From: Candidatus Uhrbacteria bacterium GW2011_GWC2_41_11
Lineage (GTDB): Bacteria > Patescibacteriota > Patescibacteriia > UBA9934 > GWF2-40-263
Direction of reading: 5' to 3'
Assembly: GCA_000996355.1 (NCBI GenBank)
Contig: LCAH01000007.1
Coordinates: forward strand, 11,089-75,088
DNA: 64,000 nt
Shown here: one piece after another, positions 29,068 to 38,950 of the stretch
How the letters are laid out: every line of letters begins with the position of its first letter
How positions within the stretch are numbered: the first letter of the stretch is position 1
The notes under the pieces: model-generated
Databases searched by the model: none
Told to the model about the DNA's origin: nothing
What the model saw: only the letters and a program-made list of their open reading frames with translations
Position numbers and translations under genes: made by a program

Positions 29068-29975
29068 TGACATTGCTTCGTATTATTCGATTTACCTTCC
29101 AACATTTTTGGAGAAATTTTTGGCTGTCACTTATCACGGTCAGCATGCTTTTTTTGACATTGCTTACGGTAAATATTTTACTTGGACTGAATGTCCTTAC
29201 CGATACAGTCGTTCGTGTGATTGAAGAGCGAGTCGATGTTTCTGTCTATTTTAAGACAACGAGTTCTGAAGAGACAGTGCGTAATGCCGCTGGATATTTG
29301 CGTGGCTTGTCGCAGGTTCGTGATGTCGAGATTATTGCTCCTGATGAAGCTTTGGAACGTTTCCGTGTCCGTCATGAAAAAAATACGTTTATTCTTTCTT
29401 CGCTTGAAGAAGTTGGAGGAAATCCATTTGGATATACATTGGTTGTTCGCGCACAATCGGCAAATGATTTTTCATTTATTTTAGAAGCGCTTGATCATCC
29501 ACAGTTTCGTGATGAAATTCGTGATAGAGATTTTTCCAATTATGCTTCTCTTGTAGATCGTTTGATGGAAACGATGGGAAAGGTTCGTGTATTTGGATTT
29601 GTTCTTTCCGGTGTCTTTCTTTTGATCGCCATTTTGATCATTGTAAACATGGTGCGTGTGACCGTGTTTGTACATCGGGAAGAAATCGGAATTATGAAAC
29701 TCGTTGGTGCGACAAATACATTTATTCGTGCGCCCTATATTCTCGAAGCATTTTTGTATGGTTTACTTGCAACCATTGGTGTTGTAGTTGTTATTTTTCC
29801 TATTGTCGCTATTCTTGAACCTTGGTTCGATGCTTATTTCCAAACCGTGCATTCCAATCTTTTTGACTATTTTGTCCAAAATGGTCTGTTTATTTTTGGG
29901 GTTGAATTTGTCGGTATTTCGTTTATTACTTTGATTTTTACTTTGTTTGCCATGCGAAAGTATTTGAGGGTTTAG
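29064..29975 (+). CDS. ftsX: cell division permease FtsX
   Basis: EEIGIMKLVGA...FIRAPY; overlaps ftsE stop. Confidence 0.93.
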   Translation: MMTLLRIIRFTFQHFWRNFWLSLITVSMLFLTLLTVNILLGLNVLTDTVVRVIEERVDVSVYFKTTSSEETVRNAAGYLRGLSQVRDVEIIAPDEALERFRVRHEKNTFILSSLEEVGGNPFGYTLVVRAQSANDFSFILEALDHPQFRDEIRDRDFSNYASLVDRLMETMGKVRVFGFVLSGVFLLIAILIIVNMVRVTVFVHREEIGIMKLVGATNTFIRAPYILEAFLYGLLATIGVVVVIFPIVAILEPWFDAYFQTVHSNLFDYFVQNGLFIFGVEFVGISFITLIFTLFAMRKYLRV

Positions 29976-30063
29976 ATTTTGTTTTAAAATCTTGACAAAA
30001 CATTATTTTTGTGGTAAAAAAATAAAGGTTTTTTCACAATAAACAAAGAGGTAGAGGTATTCG

Positions 30064-31206
30064 ATGAAAAATCAGACTCCGGTGTGCCGTTCAGTCTCTG
30101 TCCAGATCCAGAATAAGGATGAATGGACAAAAAGACAAAACCCATTCGTCCAGGTGAAATCTGTCCCTGGAGACAGGGAAGTCCCAGTCAGTCGATTTGT
30201 GGAAGCTGTCCTTCCTGGTAAGGCGATCGAGTTTCTCGGTCGTGAGACCATGAAGGGAGTTTCTTCGTATAAAAATATGACGCCTTCCAGCTTGTTTTTT
30301 CAAGCGGTACATGAGGCATTCGCGAAGCATTATCCTCTGGCTCTTCGGCCTGAGGTTCTCATGTATCTGATCTGTCATGAGGTGGCAACGGCCGTGAAAC
30401 TTCATCCGGAAGATTATCGGTCGCTCTTCACCACGACCGAAGGCAAGGAGACAATCGAAATTCGGCACGACAGTCTCCGCCGTGGAGATCCGATGAGTCC
30501 ATGGTCCGAGGCTTTGGCTTTGTTTGATCCGGCTCTGCGCGAGCGAGTTCCGGCCGGGATCATGAAGCAGATGCTTCCAGTATTTTCGACAGCGACGCCG
30601 GAGACTACGGCGGCTTCGATGATCGTGTTTATGGACGCGGCGAGTCCATTTTACGATTACCGCGTCGACACCTTGTGTGGCTTGCCCGAGATTCGCCTGC
30701 TCGGTACTGCGAAGGATTATCAGAAGATCCTTGCGGCCGCGCGGGAGCTTGCCAAGCTGTTTGGTAAGCATCTCGGGCTGTATTTTCAACACCTCCTGCC
30801 CGTGCTCGAGACATTGGCTGAGCAGGCCGCTGGAGCTCCAATCGACGACCTCTTTTGGAAGTCGATTTACAAATTCAACTCCCGGTCGGGAGGAAGCAGA
30901 TTCAACGGTTGGATCACGGCTTTTCTGAATTACATTCAGACGCCGGAGTTCGATAACGGATTTGATTCTTCCAAAGGCGGGCTCGTTCAGAAGGACGAAC
31001 GTCTTTTCGATTGGAATCCGGAAGAAAGGATTTCTATGCCAGGTCTCTCAATAGGATCCGTCCCCTCTCACGTTTCGGCTGTGCCGTTCGTGTGGAACTA
31101 TTTCGAGACCGAGATTCCGATGACGTTCATCGGTGGTGTGCTCGGTATCGATGTTGAGGACGGATATCTGACCCCGGTACTTTCATTCGGGGTTCTGGAG
31201 CAGTAA
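30064..31206 (+). CDS. DUF4419-like protein
   Basis: AFAKHYPLALRP, FSTAT, CGLPEIRLLGT, FWKSIYK, GWITAF. Confidence 0.75.
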   Translation: MKNQTPVCRSVSVQIQNKDEWTKRQNPFVQVKSVPGDREVPVSRFVEAVLPGKAIEFLGRETMKGVSSYKNMTPSSLFFQAVHEAFAKHYPLALRPEVLMYLICHEVATAVKLHPEDYRSLFTTTEGKETIEIRHDSLRRGDPMSPWSEALALFDPALRERVPAGIMKQMLPVFSTATPETTAASMIVFMDAASPFYDYRVDTLCGLPEIRLLGTAKDYQKILAAARELAKLFGKHLGLYFQHLLPVLETLAEQAAGAPIDDLFWKSIYKFNSRSGGSRFNGWITAFLNYIQTPEFDNGFDSSKGGLVQKDERLFDWNPEERISMPGLSIGSVPSHVSAVPFVWNYFETEIPMTFIGGVLGIDVEDGYLTPVLSFGVLEQ

Positions 31207-31303
31207 CAACAGACGGAAGCAATACACGCTTCCGTTTTTTTTTTTTTTTGTTTCCTTCCTCTTGTGTAGTTTGAAAAAATTCGGTACGCTCTTGCCGGAA
31301 CAT

Positions 31304-31377
31304 TCCGGGATCGTCTAATGGCAGGACAGCGGCCTTTGAAGCCGTGAATCGTGGTTCGAATCCACGTCCCGGAGCCA
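31304..31377 (+). tRNA. tRNA-Gln(TTG)
   Basis: TCCGGGA/TCCCGGA acceptor stem, CT-TTG-AA loop, CCA. Confidence 0.94.
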
Positions 31378-31525
31378 TGCACCGTATGGTGCATGGCGGA
31401 GCCATCAAAAGATGTGTTCTGTCATGCATTGAGTGCTCCAACAAACCTCCACTTTTGTGGTGGTTAAATTGTGTTGAACTCTGCACCGTATGGTGCATGG
31501 CGGAGCCATCAAAAGATGTGTTCTG
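31378..31525. repeat. two exact 44-bp direct repeats (31378-31421, 31482-31525) with a 60-bp spacer
   Basis: TGCACCGTATGGTGCATGGCGGAGCCATCAAAAGATGTGTTCTG occurs twice. Confidence 0.9.
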
Positions 31526-31596
31526 CTTCATTATAAAAAAGTAGACTGAATAAAATCACCCTCTTTTCTAGATGTTTTTTGGTATACTAAAATTAT

Positions 31597-31854
31597 ATGT
31601 TTTATGTTTACGTTTTATGGTGTGCAGATAAAAAGTTTTATATAGGATATACAGAAGATTTAAAGAAACGTATTGTTCTCCATAAAAAAGGACTTGTGAT
31701 TTCAACACATCCACGTTTGCCAGTTCGTCTTATTTTTTATGAGGTATATTTGAATAAATACGATGCATTACGACGAGAAATTTATTTGAAAACCAGCAAA
31801 GGAAAGACGACTTTAAAGAGTATGTTGCGTGAATTTTTATCGAATTTATTATAG
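31597..31854 (+). CDS. stand-alone GIY-YIG nuclease
   Basis: FYVYVL...FYIGYTEDLKKR...ALRREIYLK. Confidence 0.93.
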   Translation: MFYVYVLWCADKKFYIGYTEDLKKRIVLHKKGLVISTHPRLPVRLIFYEVYLNKYDALRREIYLKTSKGKTTLKSMLREFLSNLL

Positions 31855-31884
31855 GACTTTCGTCATAAAACATTTTAAAACAAT

Positions 31885-32526
31885 ATGATAAAAGCAATCT
31901 TTTTTGATGTGGACGGCGTTCTTATCCCGAATAAATTTCTTTTTACAGATGAACTCAAAAAAGATTATGGCATTGATGTTCAGGTCATGCTTCCATTTTT
32001 TCTTGGAATCTTTCATGAATGCGTGATTGGAAAAGCAGATGTCAAGGAAGAACTTGCTCATGTCATACAGGATTGGGGTTGGAAGGGAACTGTTGATGAT
32101 CTCATGGACTATTGGTTTTCAAAAGGATCAAAAATCGATGAAAAAATGATTGAGATTGTTCATATACTTTCGAAGAATGGGATACGATGTTTTGTTGCAA
32201 CGGACCAGGAAAAATATCGTGGAGACCATTTTGAAAAAACACTTGGCCATGGTCAGGTGTTTGAACAAGTCTTTTTTTCTGCACAGGCTGGAGCAGTAAA
32301 GAGAGAACAGATGTATTGGGATTATGTGTTTTCTATCTTGAATAAGGATGCCTCTTATCCTATTCTGCCTCATGAAACAATGTTTATTGATGATGATGAA
32401 GGAAAAGTTGCTGCGGTGGCGAGATATGGCATTCCATCTTATCTTTTTAAAGATATTGAGCAGTTCAAAATTAAATTAAAAGAAGAACAATATTTCGATG
32501 AAAAAGTAAAGAGGAGTATCATATAA
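31885..32526 (+). CDS. HAD-superfamily hydrolase
   Basis: FFDVDGVL, FIDD. Confidence 0.9.
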   Translation: MIKAIFFDVDGVLIPNKFLFTDELKKDYGIDVQVMLPFFLGIFHECVIGKADVKEELAHVIQDWGWKGTVDDLMDYWFSKGSKIDEKMIEIVHILSKNGIRCFVATDQEKYRGDHFEKTLGHGQVFEQVFFSAQAGAVKREQMYWDYVFSILNKDASYPILPHETMFIDDDEGKVAAVARYGIPSYLFKDIEQFKIKLKEEQYFDEKVKRSII

Positions 32527-32542
32527 TCGATGAAAAGATTAT

Positions 32543-33640
32543 ATGAAAAAAAAGAAGACATATTTTAGATTTTGTGCAATCAGCATTTGTTTTTTGTTTT
32601 TGATTTGTGGAGCAGGCTGTAAAAAACAAAAACCACAGGAAGAAGTTTTATTTTCTGAATCTCCTGTAGAGAAATCAAACGTTCAAGAAAAAATAGATCC
32701 GCTTAAATTAGTATACGAATTAAAAAATTTCGGTCCAAGTGGTTCCAACGGAGTATCGCATATGACCCTTTGGATCGAAGGAAAACAGGACTGTGGTGGG
32801 CGTGAAGCTTATGTGGGACTCATGCAAATGGAAAGTGGTGGACAAAATCCATCACCTGTTTTTTCCAAGATAACGATTTTTTCTGATAATGGCGAAATGG
32901 CGGTGAGTCGATTTGAGGATGAGGATAAACTTGTATTTGATGATATGCCTTCAGAATACAATCAGATAAATATTCCTTTGACATTGAATTCCGTGTTCGA
33001 GTATGCCGGAAAGAATTTTCAAGATTCTGATGTTTGGAATGCGACAACGCCGATTCTCCTCAAAAAAGTGGATAGTGGAATGTCGATAACGGATTATTCC
33101 ATTATTCGTGAAAAAGAACAGACAACAGGTATTTTACCTTGTCAAAATTTCAAGATCGTCGCCAAAGGAACGAATATGGATGGAACCATGCATACTTGTG
33201 TGGCAAAAGAAATGAATGACATAAAATTACCTTTTGTTGTTTCGTTTGCTTTTGGAGATTCTGATCAACAAGGTCCTCGTTGGCAACTCACCGATTTTTC
33301 CAAAGAGACATCTGGAATTGTTTTTGTTCCGCAATGTATGGAATCGGTTGTGTGTACATATCTGAAAGAACCGGATGAATCAGAAAGAAATGCTTGTGCA
33401 ATTCAAGGAGGAGAAATTCAGCAACAAAGAACAGAACAGGGATGTGTGATGGAATATAAATGCTTAACGCAAGAAGGAATGATTCGTGAATCAGTCGCAC
33501 ATATGCAGCGTCCAGGATGTTCTGTTGATCAAGCTGTTGAAGATAAGTTGTTGAGTTGTCGAAAAAACAATCAACCGAATTTTGATGTGACAAATTATGA
33601 TCAGAATGGCTGTGCAACAGATGTCTCTTGTCGGCCGTAG
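32543..33640 (+). CDS. Cys-rich putative lipoprotein
   Basis: Lipobox-like GAGC after a hydrophobic stretch; many Cys in the C-terminal third. Confidence 0.75.
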   Translation: MKKKKTYFRFCAISICFLFLICGAGCKKQKPQEEVLFSESPVEKSNVQEKIDPLKLVYELKNFGPSGSNGVSHMTLWIEGKQDCGGREAYVGLMQMESGGQNPSPVFSKITIFSDNGEMAVSRFEDEDKLVFDDMPSEYNQINIPLTLNSVFEYAGKNFQDSDVWNATTPILLKKVDSGMSITDYSIIREKEQTTGILPCQNFKIVAKGTNMDGTMHTCVAKEMNDIKLPFVVSFAFGDSDQQGPRWQLTDFSKETSGIVFVPQCMESVVCTYLKEPDESERNACAIQGGEIQQQRTEQGCVMEYKCLTQEGMIRESVAHMQRPGCSVDQAVEDKLLSCRKNNQPNFDVTNYDQNGCATDVSCRP

Positions 33641-33714
33641 GTTCTCCGGGAAAAATAAATGAGAAGATTTTAAAAATAAAAACCTCGCATCTGTTACTGA
33701 TACGAGGTCTCTGT

Positions 33715-34668
33715 TTATCGATTGTGACGACGAATCGCATGTAGAATCGGATCGAGATTTCTGCCTTTCTGGCAGTTTTCGAGAACATCTACATTGTGAA
33801 AGTCATCCATGGTTCCGCCGGTGTTCCCCAATAAATATGCGGTTGGAAAATGATTCCTGAGATAGGGAACCAGTTTTGGTCCGGTGAGTCGTACAGCTTC
33901 AGTTTCCCAGGAATCCGACAGGTCTTTATCAATTAGAATAATGTCTGGTTGATGGGAAATGATACGTTCACACAATGCTTGGGCACGAGCTTCTATGTCA
34001 ACGCCATATTGAGTTTTCCATTTTTGTTCCTGATAATGGATAGGCACAAAAGTAACGTTTGGCCATCCGATCATTTGGAACATAGTATTCAAAATTTCAT
34101 CAAGCCGATCGTCTATAATCACGACTTGAATTTTCTTGAATGAATTTAGATGCTCTCTCATCTTTGGAAGACAAGAGTCATCATAACCTTGTCGAAGCGG
34201 TTGTTCTCCCATGCCGATGAGCTCCATATTGAGAACGGCGAGAATAACTTTAGACTTCAATTGCTCATTTTTTTCTTCCAAGATCATGGAAGGGAAGAGA
34301 GAAAGAAAACGACGCAAGATTTCAACCTTGGCATTCTTTTTATTTTTTCCTCTCCCTTTTTTTTCTAACTGACCAAAACGTTGTTTGATCAATTCATCCG
34401 GTTTATCATCAGATGGTTTGGGTAGATAAAATCGATAATAAGCCTCCTCAACATCGGGAAGTGGTACCACAGCCTTGAGACAGATAGCACAAAAGGCATT
34501 GAATACCTTTTGTCTTCCTTCGATGAGTTCGGATCCAGTCCAATAATCCGTAATCCCTTCATGTGAAAAGATCGGGTTATCGAGAATAGTTGCAAGGTCT
34601 ACGGCCATCTTTTTTATTCCATACGAATCAAATTTTTTACCATAACTCTCAACAATCTGACTGTACAT
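33715..34668 (-). CDS. hypothetical protein with C-terminal receiver-like domain
   Basis: AAGGAG RBS; VVIIDDR...PDIILIDKDL. Confidence 0.65.
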   Translation of the reverse strand: MYSQIVESYGKKFDSYGIKKMAVDLATILDNPIFSHEGITDYWTGSELIEGRQKVFNAFCAICLKAVVPLPDVEEAYYRFYLPKPSDDKPDELIKQRFGQLEKKGRGKNKKNAKVEILRRFLSLFPSMILEEKNEQLKSKVILAVLNMELIGMGEQPLRQGYDDSCLPKMREHLNSFKKIQVVIIDDRLDEILNTMFQMIGWPNVTFVPIHYQEQKWKTQYGVDIEARAQALCERIISHQPDIILIDKDLSDSWETEAVRLTGPKLVPYLRNHFPTAYLLGNTGGTMDDFHNVDVLENCQKGRNLDPILHAIRRHNR

Positions 34669-34812
34669 TTATAACTCCTTTTTTAGGTGAAAGATCATGT
34701 AACTTTTGAGAGAATGGCATAAAAAACCATTTTTGTCAATTGACACATATTATTTTTTTCGTTATTGTTCACAAACTATTATTGTTCCTTTTTGCAAACA
34801 AGGAGGATAACA

Positions 34813-35148
34813 ATGTCATATGACGAAAAAGAAGTTCATTTTCATTGTCTTGGACGAGGACACTCAGCGAGTGAATATCCGTTGAAGAGTCCGGTTGAGG
34901 CAGAAGCAAGACTTCATCACTCTCCGGGATCCGGAATATTTTCCTGTAATGTGAATTGCATTCATAATACAGGCGGTCATGGTGATCGATGTAAAGCGTC
35001 ACATCCGGACAAGGATAAATTCGGAAAACGAATCTGGTGTCCGTACAGTTTCGATTTTCCATATGTGCTTGAATCTAACCAAGATTGGCAGGCACCGGAA
35101 GAACTTAAGGTGGCGGTCGAAGAAATGATTGCCTCCATGTCAAAGTGA
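34813..35148 (+). CDS. hypothetical Cys/His-rich protein
   Basis: AGGAGG RBS; HC..GH, CNVNCIH, GGHGDRC, WCPY. Confidence 0.75.
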   Translation: MSYDEKEVHFHCLGRGHSASEYPLKSPVEAEARLHHSPGSGIFSCNVNCIHNTGGHGDRCKASHPDKDKFGKRIWCPYSFDFPYVLESNQDWQAPEELKVAVEEMIASMSK

Positions 35149-35151
35149 TAC

Positions 35152-35194
35152 ACAACCCGTCTCCGCGCTCGGAGAATTGAACGGGTTGTTTTTT
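35152..35194 (+). terminator. repeated terminator-like hairpin, copy A
   Basis: ACAACCCGT-CTCC-N6-GGAG-AATTGA-ACGGGTTGT + T tract. Confidence 0.7.
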
Positions 35195-35293
35195 ATTTAA
35201 TCCGATTTACAACGAATCTATTGACATTTTTATTTTTTTTTGATATATTTCTTTGTCCATTTGTCCATTTTTTTTGAATACAGGAGGTTTCAA

Positions 35294-35908
35294 ATGAAGG
35301 TTTTTGGACAAAAGATTTCAATCGTCACTTTTTTGGATGTTTGTTTCGTGGCGGTGGGAAAGGCACTCCCTAAAGAAATTCGTGACTTGAAAGAGAAGGT
35401 GGAGAACTACCCTTCTTCTGAATTGTTGAATATTCTGAAGAAAAATGGTTGGATTGAGGAAAAATATTCGATCTGGTTTGAAACAAAAATTTCTCCAATT
35501 CACACCTTTAGCGTTGTTATCTATCCAGGTATGGGATGGTCAGCCTATATCAATCTGGAAGTGGATTGGTCGAAGAATTGGACAACGGAAAAAAAGGTTG
35601 GCTATCTTCTCGGGGCAAACATTCCGTATTTCGATACTGACGAGGAGAATATCAAGGAGACTCTGGAACAAGGTCGCGGTAGGCCTATTTGTGTTCTTCG
35701 CTGTTCGGATGGATTTACCGAGGCACTTTACTGGCGTCCTGATCTTCTGAACATTCCATTTTTGACTGATGAAACAAGGTGGACTTTTTTAAATCTTCGG
35801 TCATGTGTGGGACGGCTCGCACGGACGGTTCTTTGCAAAGGAAGATCTGGATTTCTTGGGGTTGATCTTTTGACGGATTTGCAGATTCCAATCCCGATTG
35901 AAGAATAA
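35294..35908 (+). CDS. hypothetical protein
   Basis: AGGAGG RBS, upstream TTGACA. Confidence 0.7.
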   Translation: MKVFGQKISIVTFLDVCFVAVGKALPKEIRDLKEKVENYPSSELLNILKKNGWIEEKYSIWFETKISPIHTFSVVIYPGMGWSAYINLEVDWSKNWTTEKKVGYLLGANIPYFDTDEENIKETLEQGRGRPICVLRCSDGFTEALYWRPDLLNIPFLTDETRWTFLNLRSCVGRLARTVLCKGRSGFLGVDLLTDLQIPIPIEE

Positions 35909-35913
35909 TAAAA

Positions 35914-35957
35914 ACAACCCGTCTCCATACTTGGAGAACTGAACGGGTTGTTTTTTT
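35914..35957 (+). terminator. repeated terminator-like hairpin, copy B
   Basis: 33/38 nt identical to 35152-35189. Confidence 0.7.
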
Positions 35958-36138
35958 GCTATTGACAATAGAATGAAAAAAATGTTTAATCTTTCGTTCT
36001 TTAAAATTTTATTGAAAATCGCGTTTTGTTTCTCTGGGCTTATGAAGGAATCAAGGCACGATTTTCAATGAATGGTAGTTTTCAACCGCAGATTTGCGAT
36101 TGGGGACGAAATCAAAAACAAAAGAAGGAGAGTTAACC

Positions 36139-36678
36139 ATGTCAAAAACAAGCGTGACGAATGAGAACATTTCGACTGAAGAGATATCGTCGCCGGTTTT
36201 AACCTTTCCGACTTGGCGCAAAATCAAGCTAGGCATCCATAAGATGCCCGAGGACTATATAAAGGCATTGGAGAGGAAGGGTTTTAGATTCAACAGATGG
36301 GCTCGCTTTTTTCTTCTTACAAAGACCAGTTGCGCTCAGCAGGAGATTGAGATAGAACTCGTGAAGGTCTCTGGTCGCATGCTTGGACTCACAAAATCAG
36401 CAACCCAGAGGGAGTTCTATGAGCGGGCGAATACTTTTGGCTTGATTCCTTGTGTCAAAGAGGTTGGTCCGGCTCTGTGTGAGCAGTATGCCGATCAGCC
36501 GTCGGAAACGAAGATTGTTATCGCGACGGAACCATTCGTAGATGATGTCGGTCTCCTCTTTCTGTTTTGTGTTGTACATGACACCGGTGGTCGGTCACTC
36601 AGTATATATCATGGTCGTTCAGTGGACATATTGTCTCCAGACGACATGTTCGTGTTCTGCCACAGGAGGGTGAGTTGA
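36139..36678 (+). CDS. hypothetical protein (WRKIKLG...EVGPAL...FVF family)
   Basis: AAGGAG RBS; downstream hairpin GTCCCGCACAGAAT/ATTCTGTGCGGGAC. Confidence 0.75.
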   Translation: MSKTSVTNENISTEEISSPVLTFPTWRKIKLGIHKMPEDYIKALERKGFRFNRWARFFLLTKTSCAQQEIEIELVKVSGRMLGLTKSATQREFYERANTFGLIPCVKEVGPALCEQYADQPSETKIVIATEPFVDDVGLLFLFCVVHDTGGRSLSIYHGRSVDILSPDDMFVFCHRRVS

Positions 36679-36858
36679 GTTCTTTGTTCCATGTTTCATT
36701 TTTTTGAAAATACGTCTTGTCCCGCACAGAATGAAGATTCTGTGCGGGACATTTTGTTTGTTGTCACCTGGCCGTGAGATTGTTAGAGAATGACAAGGTC
36801 GTTTGATTTTAAAGAAGATGAAACATTGGTATAATAGAGATGTTGAAAACAAAAAATC

Positions 36859-38079
36859 ATGTTCCCATTTTTTTCAAAAAAAAATATTCAAAAAAAGGAT
36901 AAGCAATCGTTTATTCTTGTTTTGGATGCGGGAACAACAGGGATCAAAGCATTTGTATTTGATTCATCTTTACACATGCTTGCAAAGACGTACGAGCGAT
37001 CGCAAAAGACGCATCCAAAAAAAGGATGGGTTGAACAAGATCCTTTTCAAATGATTGAAACGTGTAAAAAAGTTCTTCGTGAGGTCGTTAAAAAAGCCAA
37101 AGTCAAACCAAGTGCCTGTTTGGGTTTGGGAATCACCAATCAAAGGGAAACAACCATTGTCTGGAATAAAAAGACCGGAGTTCCTGTGTATCCGGCGATT
37201 GTGTGGGAAGATACTCGCACAAAACGTGAGTGCATAGAGATTCAAAAGCGTGTAGGAGATGCTGTGATTCAAAGAACAGGTCTTCCGGTAGACAGTTATT
37301 TTTCCGCTTCAAAAATTCGATGGATTCTCGATAGGGCTGCACATGCAGGAATCACACGAGAGACATTGATTTGCGGAACAGTTGATACATGGCTTTTATG
37401 GAATTTATGCGAAGGACACCCGCATCTTACGGATGAAACAAATGCCGCACGTACCCTTCTTTTTCATATTCGAACACGAAAATGGGATTCCTTTCTTTTG
37501 AATTTGTTTGGTATTCCAAAAGAGATACTCCCAAAAGTTTTTCCTTCACGCCATACATTTGGTGTGTTAAAAAAATCCGTTCTCGGTTTTCCTATTCCTG
37601 TAAAAGCCGTTTGCGGAGATCAACAGGCAAGTATGTATGCCGCCATGTATTTTTCAGACATCTCTCATCCAGTCACAAAAGTAACATATGGAACAGGAGT
37701 TTTTGTCACACAACTTCTTGGTTCGCAATACATGACACATCCATCGTTTTTTACAACACTTGTTCCGGGATTTCATGGTTCTCTCTATGCGTTTGAAGCA
37801 AAAATTGAAGGTTCAGCAAAACAAGTTGATGCATTGCTTATACATCCAAAACGATTGCGACAGTATTTTGTTGAACTTGCAGGAAAGGTAAATCATTTGG
37901 TCGGTCTTCTACCTATTCAACCACAGACACTTGTTCTTGATGGTGGAATTGTTCGTGATGGACTTATGGCTATTGTTCAAGCAGAAATTTCAAGTATGCC
38001 AACAACATTGCTTCCAACATACGATGGAACAGCGCTTGGAATAGCCCTTCTTGTATTAGATAAAAAAAGTCGAATGTAA
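36859..38079 (+). CDS. FGGY family carbohydrate kinase (glycerol kinase-like, short)
   Basis: LDAGTTG, GWVEQDP, GITNQRETT, GDQQA, KVTYGTG. Confidence 0.9.
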   Translation: MFPFFSKKNIQKKDKQSFILVLDAGTTGIKAFVFDSSLHMLAKTYERSQKTHPKKGWVEQDPFQMIETCKKVLREVVKKAKVKPSACLGLGITNQRETTIVWNKKTGVPVYPAIVWEDTRTKRECIEIQKRVGDAVIQRTGLPVDSYFSASKIRWILDRAAHAGITRETLICGTVDTWLLWNLCEGHPHLTDETNAARTLLFHIRTRKWDSFLLNLFGIPKEILPKVFPSRHTFGVLKKSVLGFPIPVKAVCGDQQASMYAAMYFSDISHPVTKVTYGTGVFVTQLLGSQYMTHPSFFTTLVPGFHGSLYAFEAKIEGSAKQVDALLIHPKRLRQYFVELAGKVNHLVGLLPIQPQTLVLDGGIVRDGLMAIVQAEISSMPTTLLPTYDGTALGIALLVLDKKSRM

Positions 38080-38137
38080 TTTTTTGAAATAATGGTCGTT
38101 TTTATCATGTAACCTTTTTATCCCGTTTATTTATTTT

Positions 38138-38902
38138 ATGAGATTTATGCATAAAAAATTTATTGCCTCGAGCATGTTTTTTGGAATCGTGCTTTTGACC
38201 GGAGCTGGATGTGCAAATACAGAGATTCCTTCTCCAAAAACAAATACACTTTCGACCATCCCTTCTCAACCAAAAACAGAACCAGTGGTTTGTTCACAAA
38301 CCGGAGTTGTTTCTGCAGCGTCTTCTCAAGATCTTTTAATGCACGACATTCTTTTGGATGGACAAAAAATTTCAACAGTTCAAACAGAAGGACCAATGGA
38401 TGTAGATGCGGCGATGATGTTTCCAGGAATCGGAGTTCTTGCATTTCAATATAATGGCATTGGTGGATTCATTCCATTTCGTTCCTATCCATTTTTTTAT
38501 GCCGTTGATTTGTGTACAAAAACTGGACACAAGATTACAGCTCCACAAGGAACCCTTGGAATGGTTCATACGGTTTCTCCAGACGGTTCTATGGTTGCGT
38601 ATGCAGACAATAGTGGTCATGTTGGTATTCTCGCTACAGGATTAAAATCAATTGCATATGAATCACCTTCTCAATGGTCTTTGGTAAATGATAGCAACGA
38701 ACCTCTTCTTGGAGATATGAAGTTTTCTCCAGATGGAACAAAGATTGCGTTCGCAACCGCTGCTGGACCAGAAAAAGAACATGGATCGATTTATGTTCTT
38801 GATCTCAAAACAGGAACATTTACCAAGATTGCCTCCAACCCTTCCGTTCTTATGCATGTGAAAGGATGGAGAGAAGATGGGAATGGAGTGGACTACGAAT
38901 AA
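38138..38902 (+). CDS. lipoprotein with PD40/WD40-like repeats
   Basis: GAGC lipobox; SPDGSMVAY, FSPDGTKIAF. Confidence 0.8.
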   Translation: MRFMHKKFIASSMFFGIVLLTGAGCANTEIPSPKTNTLSTIPSQPKTEPVVCSQTGVVSAASSQDLLMHDILLDGQKISTVQTEGPMDVDAAMMFPGIGVLAFQYNGIGGFIPFRSYPFFYAVDLCTKTGHKITAPQGTLGMVHTVSPDGSMVAYADNSGHVGILATGLKSIAYESPSQWSLVNDSNEPLLGDMKFSPDGTKIAFATAAGPEKEHGSIYVLDLKTGTFTKIASNPSVLMHVKGWREDGNGVDYE

Positions 38903-38950
38903 AAATGCAAAAGATTTAACAGAAAAATATCGCCTTTACAGGCGATATTT

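Noticed and set aside
31378-31525. CRISPR array
   Set aside because: Only two 44-bp units, a 60-bp spacer and no cas genes; the repeat includes the tRNA 3' end
35294-36678. Diversity-generating retroelement target genes
   Set aside because: No reverse transcriptase or template repeat with adenine-specific mismatches is visible in the window
34740-36750. Integron cassette array
   Set aside because: No RYYYAAC/GTTRRRY attC ends and no integrase; the genes have their own promoters
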